DNA of 49,291 nt from assembly GCA_963665615.2 (NCBI GenBank), contig CAXXQE010000004.1:1-49291 (forward strand), given 5' to 3'. This document shows positions 20,418 through 30,229 of the stretch, piece by piece (positions within the stretch are counted from its first letter, which is position 1; the number at the start of each line of letters is the position of its first letter). A model generated the notes under the pieces. The model had not been told where the DNA came from. It saw nothing but the letters and a program-made list of their open reading frames with translations, and made no database searches. Position numbers and translations under genes: made by a program. The DNA comes from Syntrophales bacterium. GTDB taxonomy: Bacteria; Desulfobacterota; Syntrophia; Syntrophales; UBA4778.

Positions 20418-20543
20418 GTCATTGCGAGGAACGCAGTGACGAAGCAATCTTTGAAATTTAGTGAGTCAGATTGCTCCGCTCCTGGGAAACAAACTTTTTG
20501 TCATCACTCATCAGCCTGAAGCGGGTGAGTGATCTCGCAATGA
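20418..20543. repeat. REP-like palindromic element (same family as 18906-18989)
   Basis: GTCATTGCGAGGAACGCAGTGACGAAGCAATCT...AGATTGCT...CTCGCAATGA. Confidence 0.8.
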
Positions 20544-20579
20544 TATCCGAAACTTTTACTTCATTGAGCAACATCGTTT

Positions 20580-21632
20580 ATGGAGCAGAATCAGGCATCG
20601 TCCAAGGTCAATCTGAAAGATCTGTCCCTCAAGGATCTGGAGCGTTTTCTTGCAACGCTTGGGAAGGAGAAGTACCGGGCCGGGCAGATCGTGAGGTGGC
20701 TCTATCAGCAGGGCGCGACGTCGATTGCGGAAATGACGAACCTGTCAAAACATTTTCGCGAAAAGCTCGAGGCCGTTGCCACGGTAAGCAGTCTGGAGAT
20801 CGTGACCGTTCAGGCCGCGAGCGACGGGACAAAGAAGATCCTCTATCGGCTCTCGGACGGGCTCACGGTCGAGAGCGTCGTGATCCCGGAAAAGAATCAT
20901 CCGACGCTCTGTGTTTCGACGCAGGCAGGTTGCCGAATGGGGTGTGCCTTCTGCCTGACCGGCAAGGGCGGCCTCAAGCGTAATCTGCTTCCCTCGGAGA
21001 TCACGGATCAGATCACGCAGGCCATACACAAGCTTCCCGAGGGCAAGGACATCAACAACATCGTCCTCATGGGGATGGGGGAGCCGCTCGATAACTACGA
21101 CAACGTTGTCAAGGCTATTGAGATCATCTCCAGCGATATCGGTCTGTCCTTCTCCGGGCGCAAGGTCACCCTCTCCACCTGCGGCCTCGCGCCGATGATC
21201 GAACGATTGGGAGAGGATGTCTGCGTCAATCTGGCCATCTCACTCAACGCAACGGACAACGCCACGCGCGACCGGCTGATGCCCATCAACAAGGCTTATC
21301 CGATTGAACAACTTCTGCGAGCTTGCAAGGACTATGAAATGCCGCGGCGCCGCCGGATTACCGTCGAGTATATCCTGATCGAAGGCGTCAACGCCTCCGT
21401 CGCCGATGCCCAACGGCTGGCAAAACTGTTGAGAGGCGTGCGCTGCAAGATCAACCTCATTGCGTATAACGAACACCCCGGCGCGCTTTTCAAATCACCG
21501 TCCGCCGAAACCATCGAAAATTTCCGCAAGGAGCTGATCCGCCACAACTACACGGCGGTGGTGCGTAAGAGCAAGGGGAGGGAGATACTGGCTGCCTGCG
21601 GCCAGCTCTCAGGGCAAGCTCTTCAAAAGTGA
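20580..21632 (+). CDS. rlmN: Dual-specificity 23S rRNA/tRNA methyltransferase RlmN (radical SAM)
   Basis: CVSTQAGCRMGCAFC, MGMGEPL, ISLNA and AACGQL motifs. Confidence 0.97.
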   Translation: MEQNQASSKVNLKDLSLKDLERFLATLGKEKYRAGQIVRWLYQQGATSIAEMTNLSKHFREKLEAVATVSSLEIVTVQAASDGTKKILYRLSDGLTVESVVIPEKNHPTLCVSTQAGCRMGCAFCLTGKGGLKRNLLPSEITDQITQAIHKLPEGKDINNIVLMGMGEPLDNYDNVVKAIEIISSDIGLSFSGRKVTLSTCGLAPMIERLGEDVCVNLAISLNATDNATRDRLMPINKAYPIEQLLRACKDYEMPRRRRITVEYILIEGVNASVADAQRLAKLLRGVRCKINLIAYNEHPGALFKSPSAETIENFRKELIRHNYTAVVRKSKGREILAACGQLSGQALQK

Positions 21633-21762
21633 CCATCTGCTGCGTTCCCCTTGGCCCTCCCCGTAACGGCATCGGGACAAGCGGTGCTCACGTATTAACA
21701 CATACGCTCCGCGCCTCGGGCCTGCGGGAGCCTTGCATCTGGCCCCTTTTGAAGAGCTTGCC
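21613..21762. mobile_element. 150-bp MITE-like element with perfect 17-bp terminal inverted repeats
   Basis: GGCAAGCTCTTCAAAAG (21613-21629) and CTTTTGAAGAGCTTGCC (21746-21762); no credible coding capacity. Confidence 0.65.
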
Positions 21763-22095
21763 GCGGGCGGTTGATGCACATCCATCATTTATCAAGATAG
21801 AATTCAATTGCGATGCCGGTTGTCCTTTTTTATAATGACATTTATCACCAAAAGGACGATCTCCATTTATCAACCCCGGGTTATGAGAACGTCCCCCAGG
21901 GTTTTAACGCTTGATCCGGCTGATTTACACAAACACGTGGGAATTGAAAGCAAGAATGGATTCTTCAGGCAATTAAGATTTCCGTCGGAGGATCCAAAAG
22001 GGTTTGTCTCAGCGGTTAGAGAAGGAAACCCTGATAAAATATTCTGGCGCTCGCTACGCGCCCACTGACCTCATCTTGAGGCAAGTATCGATGCC

Positions 22096-23136
22096 ATGAA
22101 ACCGGTAAGATCAAGCATATTTTTTTTCTTGCCATGTATTTTGGCGCTGTCACTGACTGGTTGCGTCATGTTGCCGGTGCCTACGGGAGAGGGCAAGCTG
22201 CTTGCAGGAAAACAGGTCACCGATGAACAGCTTTCCTTTATGACGCGTCAAGTCACAACCGAGCGGGAAGTTGTTGAGCATTTGGGAAATCCGAACATCA
22301 TCTGGGAAGACGCCCGGGTGTTCGTTTACAATTGGGACGTCAGGCAGGGCCTTCTCTTTTGGGCCGTGGGCGGTTATATGGCGGGTGCAGGCGGCATGGA
22401 GGACATTCCGAAGCATTATCAGTTGCTCATCCGCTTCGATGGACAGGGGCGAGTTGCGGATTATACGCGGACGGCGAGGCCGCTTTTGAAATCCAGTTCT
22501 GACTTTATGACGGAGTGGCTGAAGAATTCATCCGGTGAGTTGCCTGCGGAACTGCTGGATGCCAGCGCGGGTGAAAAGGCAGTCGTCCTGTTGAATCTTC
22601 AGTGCACGATTGACAACAGCCCCTATGAAGCCTTCCTGGACCCCTCATTTACGAAGCCGACCATTTTTCTTTTACGGCTCGGGTCTTTTAAAACGCTGGG
22701 AGAACCGGCATTCGTTCCCCATGATTTCCTCTCTCCGGAGTCCCGTCGCGCGGGCTGGACCTATTTCATGCTTCTTCCCGGCCTATATTATCTGTCTGTC
22801 CAGGGCCCCGACTCCAACGTGATTTCGAAAACCGGCGATAAGTATATGCAAGAGGCTCCCCGTTGGCGCATCGATGTCCCCAAAAATGTCAAAGCGGTAT
22901 ATATCGGGACGCTCCAGTTTACGGGTAAGAGCGAAAGACTCCTTTTTGGTGAGAAGATCGATCCTGCCGGAGACGACGGGCCGACGATTCGGGATGATCG
23001 CTTGATCGCACGCGGTCTCATATCTCAGTATTTTCCCGATGCCGGCGAGGCAAAGACCATTATAATGCAGCGATGGCATCCGGGCGATCCTGTCGTTGTC
23101 CGCTCCAGCGGGGACGTGATTGAAACGCGGCAGTAA
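22096..23136 (+). CDS. Hypothetical lipoprotein (BamE/SmpA-like N-terminal segment)
   Basis: Lipobox LTGC; TTEREVVEHLGNP...LLIRFDGQGRV resembles the SmpA/OmlA pattern. Confidence 0.7.
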   Translation: MKPVRSSIFFFLPCILALSLTGCVMLPVPTGEGKLLAGKQVTDEQLSFMTRQVTTEREVVEHLGNPNIIWEDARVFVYNWDVRQGLLFWAVGGYMAGAGGMEDIPKHYQLLIRFDGQGRVADYTRTARPLLKSSSDFMTEWLKNSSGELPAELLDASAGEKAVVLLNLQCTIDNSPYEAFLDPSFTKPTIFLLRLGSFKTLGEPAFVPHDFLSPESRRAGWTYFMLLPGLYYLSVQGPDSNVISKTGDKYMQEAPRWRIDVPKNVKAVYIGTLQFTGKSERLLFGEKIDPAGDDGPTIRDDRLIARGLISQYFPDAGEAKTIIMQRWHPGDPVVVRSSGDVIETRQ

Positions 23137-23285
23137 TCACAAATCAGGACGTGTCACGTCAAACGCCATCGGCGTGTCGAACCTCACGCTGGAGCAGTGA
23201 TCGACTTATTGATGCGCAGTGCTGTTTATTCTAGCGATTTTTTACTGTTTATTATTCACTTTTCACTGTTGACCACGAGGTACTT

Positions 23286-24893
23286 ATGACCCACCCCAAT
23301 CTGGTTGCATCGATGTTGAATCCCGACTTCTATCCGCATCGGCCCAAGAACGTGCAGCTTGTGCAGACGCACATCTCGTATGTCTTCATTGCGGGCGATC
23401 TGGTTTACAAGGTCAAGAAGCCGGTCAATTACGGCTTTCTCGATTTCACGTCTCTTGATCAGCGTCGGTATTTCTGCAATCAGGAGCTGACGCTCAACCG
23501 GCGCCTCGCGCCGGAGGCCTATCTGGCGGTCGAACCGATCTGCGAAGATGCGACGGGGCAGCTTCGGCTGGGAGAGGACGGCGGTCGTGTCGTCGAGTAT
23601 GCGGTCAAGATGGTCCGGCTGCCGGAAGGTCGGATGCTCAAGGTGTTGCTGGCCGAGCGGAAGGTCGGTCTGGAAAAAATGGCGGCGATTGCCGAGAAGA
23701 TCGCCGCATTTCATGCCGCGGCGGCGACGGGCGGGCCGATCGATGAGATGGGAAAGATCGACACCGTCCGATTCAACTGCGAGGAGAATTTCGAGCAGAC
23801 CATGAAGTATGTCGGTTCGGTGATCGCTCCCGAGAAGTATGATTTTATCCGGGATTATGTCAGCACCTTTATCGACGACGAGCGAGCGCTTTTCGAGAAG
23901 CGAGTGGCGGACCATCGGATTCGGGACTGTCACGGCGATCTTCACATGGAGCACATCTGCTTGTCCGACGGGATTATCATCTTCGATTGCATCGAGTTCA
24001 ACGAGCGTTTTCGCTTTTCCGATACAGCGTCAGAGGTGGCGTTTCTGGCGATGGATCTCGATTACAACGGTTACGTTGACCACGCGGAGGCCTTTGTATC
24101 GGCCTATTGCCGTGCATCCGGCGATCGGGAACTCCTCAAGCTTCTGAATTTCTATCGCTGCTATCGCGCCTATGTTCGCGCCAAGGTGACCAGCTTCAGG
24201 CTGGATGATGAGACGCTCTCCGAACTGGAACGGGAAACGATTATGGCCTCGGCCTTTCGTTATTACGATCTGGCCTTCCGTTATGCCGCCCGCCTGTCCC
24301 GGCCTGCGCTGATCCTGAATGTCGGCCTGATGGGGAGCGGCAAGAGCGTCCTGGCGAGGGCGCTCTCGCCCCTGTTGGATGCCGATGTAATCCGGATGGA
24401 TGTTCTGAGAAAACAGATGCTGGACATTGCGCCTTCGGAGCGCCATTATGAGGACTTTGGTGCGGGGATCTATTCCGAAGAGGTTTCGGATCAGGCCTAT
24501 GCCCTGGCGTTTAAGCGGGCCGAGGAAAAACTGAAGGCGGGCCGCACGGTAATGATCGATGCCTCTTTCAAGAAACGGCACCAGAGGGGCAAGGCCCGTG
24601 AATTGGCCCAACGGCTTCATGTGGACTTTTTCGTCCTGGAGTGTGTTTGTCCGGAGAGTGAAATCAAGAGCCGTCTGGAGCGCAGGGCACACAAGGCAAG
24701 CGAGGCCTCAGACGGGCGTTGGGAGATTTTTCAGGCGCAGAAGGCGGATTATGAAGCGATTGACAGTGCGTCGTCCACCGCTGAAATGCCGGCAGCGTCG
24801 CATGTGACTGTCGATACATCGGACAGCAAGGATGTCACGCTTGTGAGGGCTTTGAGGGGGATGAAGAAGATTATAGATAAATGCGACAGATAA
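23286..24893 (+). CDS. Bifunctional aminoglycoside-phosphotransferase-like / P-loop kinase (AAA_33) protein
   Basis: QTHISYVF, KVKKPVNYGFLDF, RDCHGDLH, FDCIEFN and C-terminal GLMGSGKS Walker A. Confidence 0.9.
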   Translation: MTHPNLVASMLNPDFYPHRPKNVQLVQTHISYVFIAGDLVYKVKKPVNYGFLDFTSLDQRRYFCNQELTLNRRLAPEAYLAVEPICEDATGQLRLGEDGGRVVEYAVKMVRLPEGRMLKVLLAERKVGLEKMAAIAEKIAAFHAAAATGGPIDEMGKIDTVRFNCEENFEQTMKYVGSVIAPEKYDFIRDYVSTFIDDERALFEKRVADHRIRDCHGDLHMEHICLSDGIIIFDCIEFNERFRFSDTASEVAFLAMDLDYNGYVDHAEAFVSAYCRASGDRELLKLLNFYRCYRAYVRAKVTSFRLDDETLSELERETIMASAFRYYDLAFRYAARLSRPALILNVGLMGSGKSVLARALSPLLDADVIRMDVLRKQMLDIAPSERHYEDFGAGIYSEEVSDQAYALAFKRAEEKLKAGRTVMIDASFKKRHQRGKARELAQRLHVDFFVLECVCPESEIKSRLERRAHKASEASDGRWEIFQAQKADYEAIDSASSTAEMPAASHVTVDTSDSKDVTLVRALRGMKKIIDKCDR

Positions 24894-25686
24894 TGGGTCG
24901 CAAGAAATGAGTGGAAAAGGGGATATCTTTTGTCGTCACTGATTCCCTGACAGTCGTTATGATTTTACGGTTTCCGGCGCCTTTTTGTCTTTCGGCTTTT
25001 TTTTCACCCTCTTCAATAAGACGTTTGGTTTCTTTCAGGAAATAGCTTACCTTGAAGTCAAGCCCGAGATTGGGATACTCGCGGGCAACAGTTTCAAAGC
25101 GCTTAAGGGCTGCCTGATACTTTTTCGACTTAAAGTAGAAGTGACCAATATAAAACTCGTGTTCAGCCAGACGTCTGCGGCAGTCTTTGAGAACCTTCTC
25201 GGCCATTCGTGCATACTGACTGTCTGGGTATGCAGAAATCAGCTTTTCGAATTCCTTCTGGGCCTTGAGGGTTTCAGTCTGGTCGCGATCGATGCTGACG
25301 ATCTGATTATAGTGGCACAGTCCCATTTGATAGAGGACATAGGCAAGATTCGGATTGGCGGGATGAAGGTTTAAGAAATCGCTGTAAGCGACCTCGGCTT
25401 CGATATACTTTTTCTCGGTGAAGAGCGAATCGGCGATTCCCAGCTCGGCCATGACGCTCACTTTGCTCAGGGGATACTGATCCTTGATTTTCTGAAAGGC
25501 TTCAATAGCATCTTCATAGGAGGCTTTCTGGTAGAATTGGACGCCCTGCTCGTAAAGTACTTCCGGCGTCGCCTGCGGTGATTCACTTTTCTTCCAGAGC
25601 CAACCGCATCCAGATACGACACTACACATCATTAAAATGACAAGGACCCTTGCTGCGAAGGGTCCGAAGTGTTCGCGATTAAACAT
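24871..25686 (-). CDS. bamD: Outer membrane protein assembly factor BamD
   Basis: Lipobox VSGC, TPR helices, FLNLHP, DRDQ and LAEHEFYIGHFY motifs. Confidence 0.92.
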   Translation of the reverse strand: MFNREHFGPFAARVLVILMMCSVVSGCGWLWKKSESPQATPEVLYEQGVQFYQKASYEDAIEAFQKIKDQYPLSKVSVMAELGIADSLFTEKKYIEAEVAYSDFLNLHPANPNLAYVLYQMGLCHYNQIVSIDRDQTETLKAQKEFEKLISAYPDSQYARMAEKVLKDCRRRLAEHEFYIGHFYFKSKKYQAALKRFETVAREYPNLGLDFKVSYFLKETKRLIEEGEKKAERQKGAGNRKIITTVRESVTTKDIPFSTHFLRPIICRIYL

Positions 25687-25694
25687 GATATGGT

Positions 25695-26027
25695 TTAGAT
25701 ACCTTTCCTGATGAAGGCTTCAAGACGGTCCTTGGAGACCAATCCTACAATCGTATCGAACTTTTTGCCATCTTTAAAGAGCATCAGGGTCGGGATGCTC
25801 TGGATGCCGTACATGGATGCCGTCTGCTGGTTATCATCCACGTTCATCTTCGTGATCTTGATCTGGCCGGCGTATGTTTTGGCAAGCTCTTCCACAATCG
25901 GACCGATGGCTCTACAGGGACCGCACCACGGCGCCCAGAAATCCACCAGGGTGGGTTGGCCGGATCTGAGCACTTCGGAATCAAAATTGCTATCCGTTAC
26001 ATGGACGACCGCTTCTTTTGTTTCCAT
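25695..26027 (-). CDS. trxA: Thioredoxin
   Basis: VDFWAPWCGPC and YGIQSIPTL motifs. Confidence 0.96.
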   Translation of the reverse strand: METKEAVVHVTDSNFDSEVLRSGQPTLVDFWAPWCGPCRAIGPIVEELAKTYAGQIKITKMNVDDNQQTASMYGIQSIPTLMLFKDGKKFDTIVGLVSKDRLEAFIRKGI

Positions 26028-26114
26028 AGACCGCTCCCTCCTTGAATTCTGCGCCAATATGCCATAGAATCTTCGGCAGTGTCAACGGTTCATTTTTCGG
26101 ATAAGGAGGCAATT

Positions 26115-26840
26115 GTGCAGCCGCTGGGCATCATTTCCGGCACGCTTAATCTCCATCAACCGCCCGTTTCCGGGCTTGAGGACATGTTGTGTGAAACCGC
26201 TTTCGGTTCGGTCCGTCTATATGTTTCCGACGATGCCGTTTTCCTGCCGCGTCATGGCGCGGACGCCGAAAGACGCATCCTTCCTCATGAGATCAACCAT
26301 CGGGCTAATCTGGCAGCCCTGCGGGACATGGGCGTTTCGGAGGTGATAGGGATTTGCTCTACCGGTTCCCTCAAAGCGGCGTTTTCTCCGGGCAGGCTGG
26401 TTGTCCCTGACGACTATATTTGCCTCTTTGCCCTGCCGAGTATCTTCAGCGGCCAGTTGATTCACGTTACGCCGGAACTCAATGGGGTGGTAAGAGGGCG
26501 ACTCATCGAGGCGGCGAGGGCATGCGGGGTTGAGCCTGTCGATGGCGGCGTTTACTGGCAGAGCGCAGGACCCCGATTGGAGACAAAGGCGGAGGTCCGT
26601 TTTATGTCAAAGTTTGCGGATCTTGCGGGCATGACGATGGCCGGCGAGGCGACAGCGGCCAAGGAACTTGGCATTCCTTATGCGGGCATCTGCTCTGTCG
26701 ATAACTTTGCCCACGGACTGGTCGGTAACGCGCTGACTCAGGCTGAAATTGTGGGAAATGCCCGTCTTAAGCTCGATCTCATCAGTCAGATCATTCGGCG
26801 CTACATCGAAGATCGGCGTAGCGATCAGGATCGCTCATGA
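26115..26840 (+). CDS. MTAP-family purine nucleoside phosphorylase
   Basis: FLPRHG, PHEINHRAN, GPRLETKAE, GMT and SVDN.AHG motifs; GTG start after GGAGG. Confidence 0.88.
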   Translation: MQPLGIISGTLNLHQPPVSGLEDMLCETAFGSVRLYVSDDAVFLPRHGADAERRILPHEINHRANLAALRDMGVSEVIGICSTGSLKAAFSPGRLVVPDDYICLFALPSIFSGQLIHVTPELNGVVRGRLIEAARACGVEPVDGGVYWQSAGPRLETKAEVRFMSKFADLAGMTMAGEATAAKELGIPYAGICSVDNFAHGLVGNALTQAEIVGNARLKLDLISQIIRRYIEDRRSDQDRS

Positions 26841-28477
26841 AGAAATGTCTCTTTCCCCTGCTTGTTCTGCTTGGTGTTGTGATAGCGCTGTGGGGATGCT
26901 CGCGGCCGCAGGCGGAACGCTCCACCGCCCCGGCGCGAAGCAGATCCGGGCCTGCCTATGGCGATATTCTTGTGGAGGGATCGATCGGGGATGCCAGCAA
27001 CCTGATTCCACTGCTCGCCTCAGACAGCGCCTCCCACAACATCTCCAACATGGTCTTTAATGGTCTGGTCAAGTATGACAAGGACGTCAATGTGGTCGGC
27101 GATCTGGCCGAATCCTGGGATATTACCAAGAACGGACTGGTCATTACCTTCCATCTGCGCAAAGGGGTCAGGTGGCATGACGGTGCGCCCTTCACCGCCG
27201 AAGATGTCCTCTATACCTATAAAGTGACAATCGATCCGAAAACGCCGACCGCGTATGCCGAGGATTTCTTGAAGGTGAAGAAGGCCGAGGTGGTTGATCC
27301 CTATACCTTCCGAGTGACTTACGGCAAGCCCTATGCGCCGGCCCTAACGAGTTGGGGGGCGGCTATTCTGCCGAAGCATCTACTGGCGGGACGTGATATT
27401 ACGCGTTCCCCGCTGAAACGTCATCCGATCGGCACGGGTCCTTACCGTTTCAAGGAATGGGTGACGGGACAGAAGATTGTTCTGGAATCCAACCCGGACT
27501 ATTTTGAGGGAAGGCCTTACATCGACGGCCAGATTGTCCGTATCATTCCGGATATGGCCACGATGTTTCTGGAACTGCGAAGCAGGGGGATTGACAGTAT
27601 GAACCTCACGCCGCTTCAGTTCACGCGGCAGACTGAGAACGGTTATTTTTTCAAGAACTTCAATAAATATCGCTATCTATCCTTCTCCTATATTTATCTA
27701 GGATTCAATCTGACCAATCCGCTTTTCAAGGACAAGCGGGTGCGGCAGGCCATTGCTTATGCGATCGACAAGGAGGATATCATCAAGGGGGTTCTTCTGG
27801 GGCTTGGAAAGCCGGCGACGGGTCCTTTTAAACCCGGCACCTGGCCTTATAATCCCAATGTTCGTCAATATCCCTACGATTCTGCCAAGGCCAAGGCCTT
27901 GCTCGCCGAGGCCGGGTGGCGCGACGTCAACGGCGACGGCATCCTGGAGAAGGACGGACGTCCGTTCACCTTCGAAATCGTCATCAATCAGGGGGAGGAA
28001 GTGCGCCGCAAGTCGGCGGAAATTATCCAGCAGCGTCTGTCGCAGGTGGGGATGCGCGTGAAAATCCGGACCGTTGAGTGGTCGGCGTTTCTCAAAGAGT
28101 TTATCAATAGCCGGAAATTCGAAGCCACCATTCTAGGCTGGACGATTCCGATGGACCCCGATCTTTATGATGTCTGGCACTCCAGCAAGACGGGGCCGGA
28201 GCAGTTGAACTTCATTTCCTATGCGAATGCCGAGGTGGACAGACTGCTGGAGGATGGGCGCAGCACATTCAGCCAGAAGGAGCGCAAGCGAATCTATGAC
28301 CGGATCCAGGAAATCCTGGCCGAGGAGCAGCCCTATGTCTTCCTCTATGTTCCCGATGCCCTGCCTATCTTCAACGCACGCATCCGGGGGATCGAGCCGG
28401 CCCCGCTCGGCATCGGTTACAATAGGATCAAGTGGTATGTGCCGAGGGGGGAGCAGAAATTGGTGATGGTACCCTAA
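26837..28477 (+). CDS. Peptide ABC transporter substrate-binding lipoprotein (family 5)
   Basis: Lipobox LWGC, DLAESW, FHLRKGVRWHDG, PIGTGPY and VRQAI motifs. Confidence 0.92.
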   Translation: MKKCLFPLLVLLGVVIALWGCSRPQAERSTAPARSRSGPAYGDILVEGSIGDASNLIPLLASDSASHNISNMVFNGLVKYDKDVNVVGDLAESWDITKNGLVITFHLRKGVRWHDGAPFTAEDVLYTYKVTIDPKTPTAYAEDFLKVKKAEVVDPYTFRVTYGKPYAPALTSWGAAILPKHLLAGRDITRSPLKRHPIGTGPYRFKEWVTGQKIVLESNPDYFEGRPYIDGQIVRIIPDMATMFLELRSRGIDSMNLTPLQFTRQTENGYFFKNFNKYRYLSFSYIYLGFNLTNPLFKDKRVRQAIAYAIDKEDIIKGVLLGLGKPATGPFKPGTWPYNPNVRQYPYDSAKAKALLAEAGWRDVNGDGILEKDGRPFTFEIVINQGEEVRRKSAEIIQQRLSQVGMRVKIRTVEWSAFLKEFINSRKFEATILGWTIPMDPDLYDVWHSSKTGPEQLNFISYANAEVDRLLEDGRSTFSQKERKRIYDRIQEILAEEQPYVFLYVPDALPIFNARIRGIEPAPLGIGYNRIKWYVPRGEQKLVMVP

Positions 28478-28483
28478 AAGACA

Positions 28484-28590
28484 GAAGTTAAGAAGCTGAG
28501 AGGTTAAGAAGTTAAGCCATCAGGAAATCGACCGTTTTCGTCTGTTCTTTCCCAGCTGCTCAACTTCCTAACCTCTTCACTTCTATCTTT
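28484..28590. repeat. Inverted pair of 8-bp tandem arrays between convergent genes
   Basis: agaagtta agaagctg agaggtta agaagtta ... cagctgct caacttcc taacctct. Confidence 0.7.
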
Positions 28591-28616
28591 ACGCTCAGCC
28601 AGCGGCTTCGCCGCAT

Positions 28617-30008
28617 TTAATCCTCCCCCCTCAAGTTTTCCTGCAGATATCTCTTGAACGTCGCGTAGTCGGCGGAGAGTTCGACGGCTTCGCCTGTTCG
28701 GGCCTCGATGCCCTGCATGCTCGGTGGCAGTTCGGGCGTGATCTTGAGCTGTGAGATGATATCGTCCGGAAACTTCGCGGGGTGCGCCGTTTCGAGAGAG
28801 ACGCAGAGGGAAAAATCCCCGAAGCGGTCCAGAAAGACCTCCAGCCCTCGCCAACCCACGGCGCCGTGGGGTTCCAGGATGGTTCCGTACTCCTTGTAAA
28901 CGCGCTTCATCGTGCGGCGGGTTTCAGTGTCCGAGATGCTGACGGAAAAAATATAACGGCGCATCTCTTCGATATCGGGATAGCGATGGACTTGACCCGT
29001 GCGGTCCACGGTGCCGCCATACAGTTCGAAAAAACGGGCCAGGTTGCTCGGATGGCCGACGTTCATGGCATTGGAAAGGCAGGCCCTCGAAGGCGATACC
29101 TTGTGGTATCGTCCGGTTTCCAGAAAAACCGGGAATTCGTCGTTCGCATTGGTCGGCATGACGAGTTTTTCCACTGGCAGCCCCATGCGTCTGGCGTATT
29201 CGCAGCCGAGTGCGTCTCCGAAGTTGCCAGACGGAACGGAAAAAATAATCGGTTCCCATTTTCTGGAGAGCTGCGCATAGGCGTGAATGAAATAGACGAT
29301 CTGCGGGAGAATGCGGCCGAAATTGATCGAGTTGGCCGAGGTCAACTGGAATCCGTTCAAGTCGGGATCGGAAAAGGCCTGCTTGACGAGGTTCTGGCAG
29401 TCGTCGAACTTACCGGCCATACATAGCGTGCGGACATTGCCGCCGATCGTGTCGAGCTGCTTTTTCTGGATGCCGCTGACTTCTCCCTGTGGGTACAGGA
29501 TGGTGACGTCGATGCCTTCCACGCCCTTGAAGGCTTCCCCTACGGCGCTTCCCGTATCGCCTGATGTTGCGACCAGCACATTGAGCCTTTTGCCGCTATT
29601 CCGAAAATGGCTCATTAATCGAGCCATCAGCCGCGCTGCAAAATCCTTGAAAGAGGCCGTCGGTCCCTGGTCGAGCCGCATCAGATATTTACGGTCGTAA
29701 ACCTGTTCCAGCGGAACGGAGAAATTATAGGCATCCATGAGAATGCGTTTCAGAACGTCCTCGGCAATCTCTTCTCTGAGGAAAGCATTGACAACCAAAA
29801 ATGCGGTCTCTGTGTAAGGTTTGCCATTAAGGGCTCGGATTTCCTCTGAAGAAAGCTGCGGGATGGAATCGGGCATGAAAAGCCCTTCGTCGGGGGCCTG
29901 GCCCTGCAAAAGGGCTTCTTTAAAGGAAACCAGATCTTTAAAGGGGGTGACCCCTGCGTCAGTATCGAGGTTTCTGTTGGTGCTGTAATATCGAATCGGC
30001 ATAACCAT
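28617..30008 (-). CDS. thrC: Threonine synthase
   Basis: YYST, GPTASFKDF (PLP Lys), ATSGDTGSA, SANSINFGR, VPSGNFG and ETAHPAKF; start is ATG 30008 or 30002. Confidence 0.95.
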   Translation of the reverse strand: MVMPIRYYSTNRNLDTDAGVTPFKDLVSFKEALLQGQAPDEGLFMPDSIPQLSSEEIRALNGKPYTETAFLVVNAFLREEIAEDVLKRILMDAYNFSVPLEQVYDRKYLMRLDQGPTASFKDFAARLMARLMSHFRNSGKRLNVLVATSGDTGSAVGEAFKGVEGIDVTILYPQGEVSGIQKKQLDTIGGNVRTLCMAGKFDDCQNLVKQAFSDPDLNGFQLTSANSINFGRILPQIVYFIHAYAQLSRKWEPIIFSVPSGNFGDALGCEYARRMGLPVEKLVMPTNANDEFPVFLETGRYHKVSPSRACLSNAMNVGHPSNLARFFELYGGTVDRTGQVHRYPDIEEMRRYIFSVSISDTETRRTMKRVYKEYGTILEPHGAVGWRGLEVFLDRFGDFSLCVSLETAHPAKFPDDIISQLKITPELPPSMQGIEARTGEAVELSADYATFKRYLQENLRGED

Positions 30009-30229
30009 CCTGTGAGTATCGGTGGGTAAACTGTTTATTATACCGTGTCTTGAGATAATCAGGAATAAACAGACCTGATGTCGATGACACAAGTTAAAAA
30101 AATACCATAAAGACGGATCTGGGTGAAGAAGAAATTAAGGGTGGCAGGAGAACGCGGCAAGAATACCGCTAGCGTAATGAGTGGACGATGTGCTTCCGAG
30201 GTCGATGCCCCGTTTTATGCTAAAAATGA

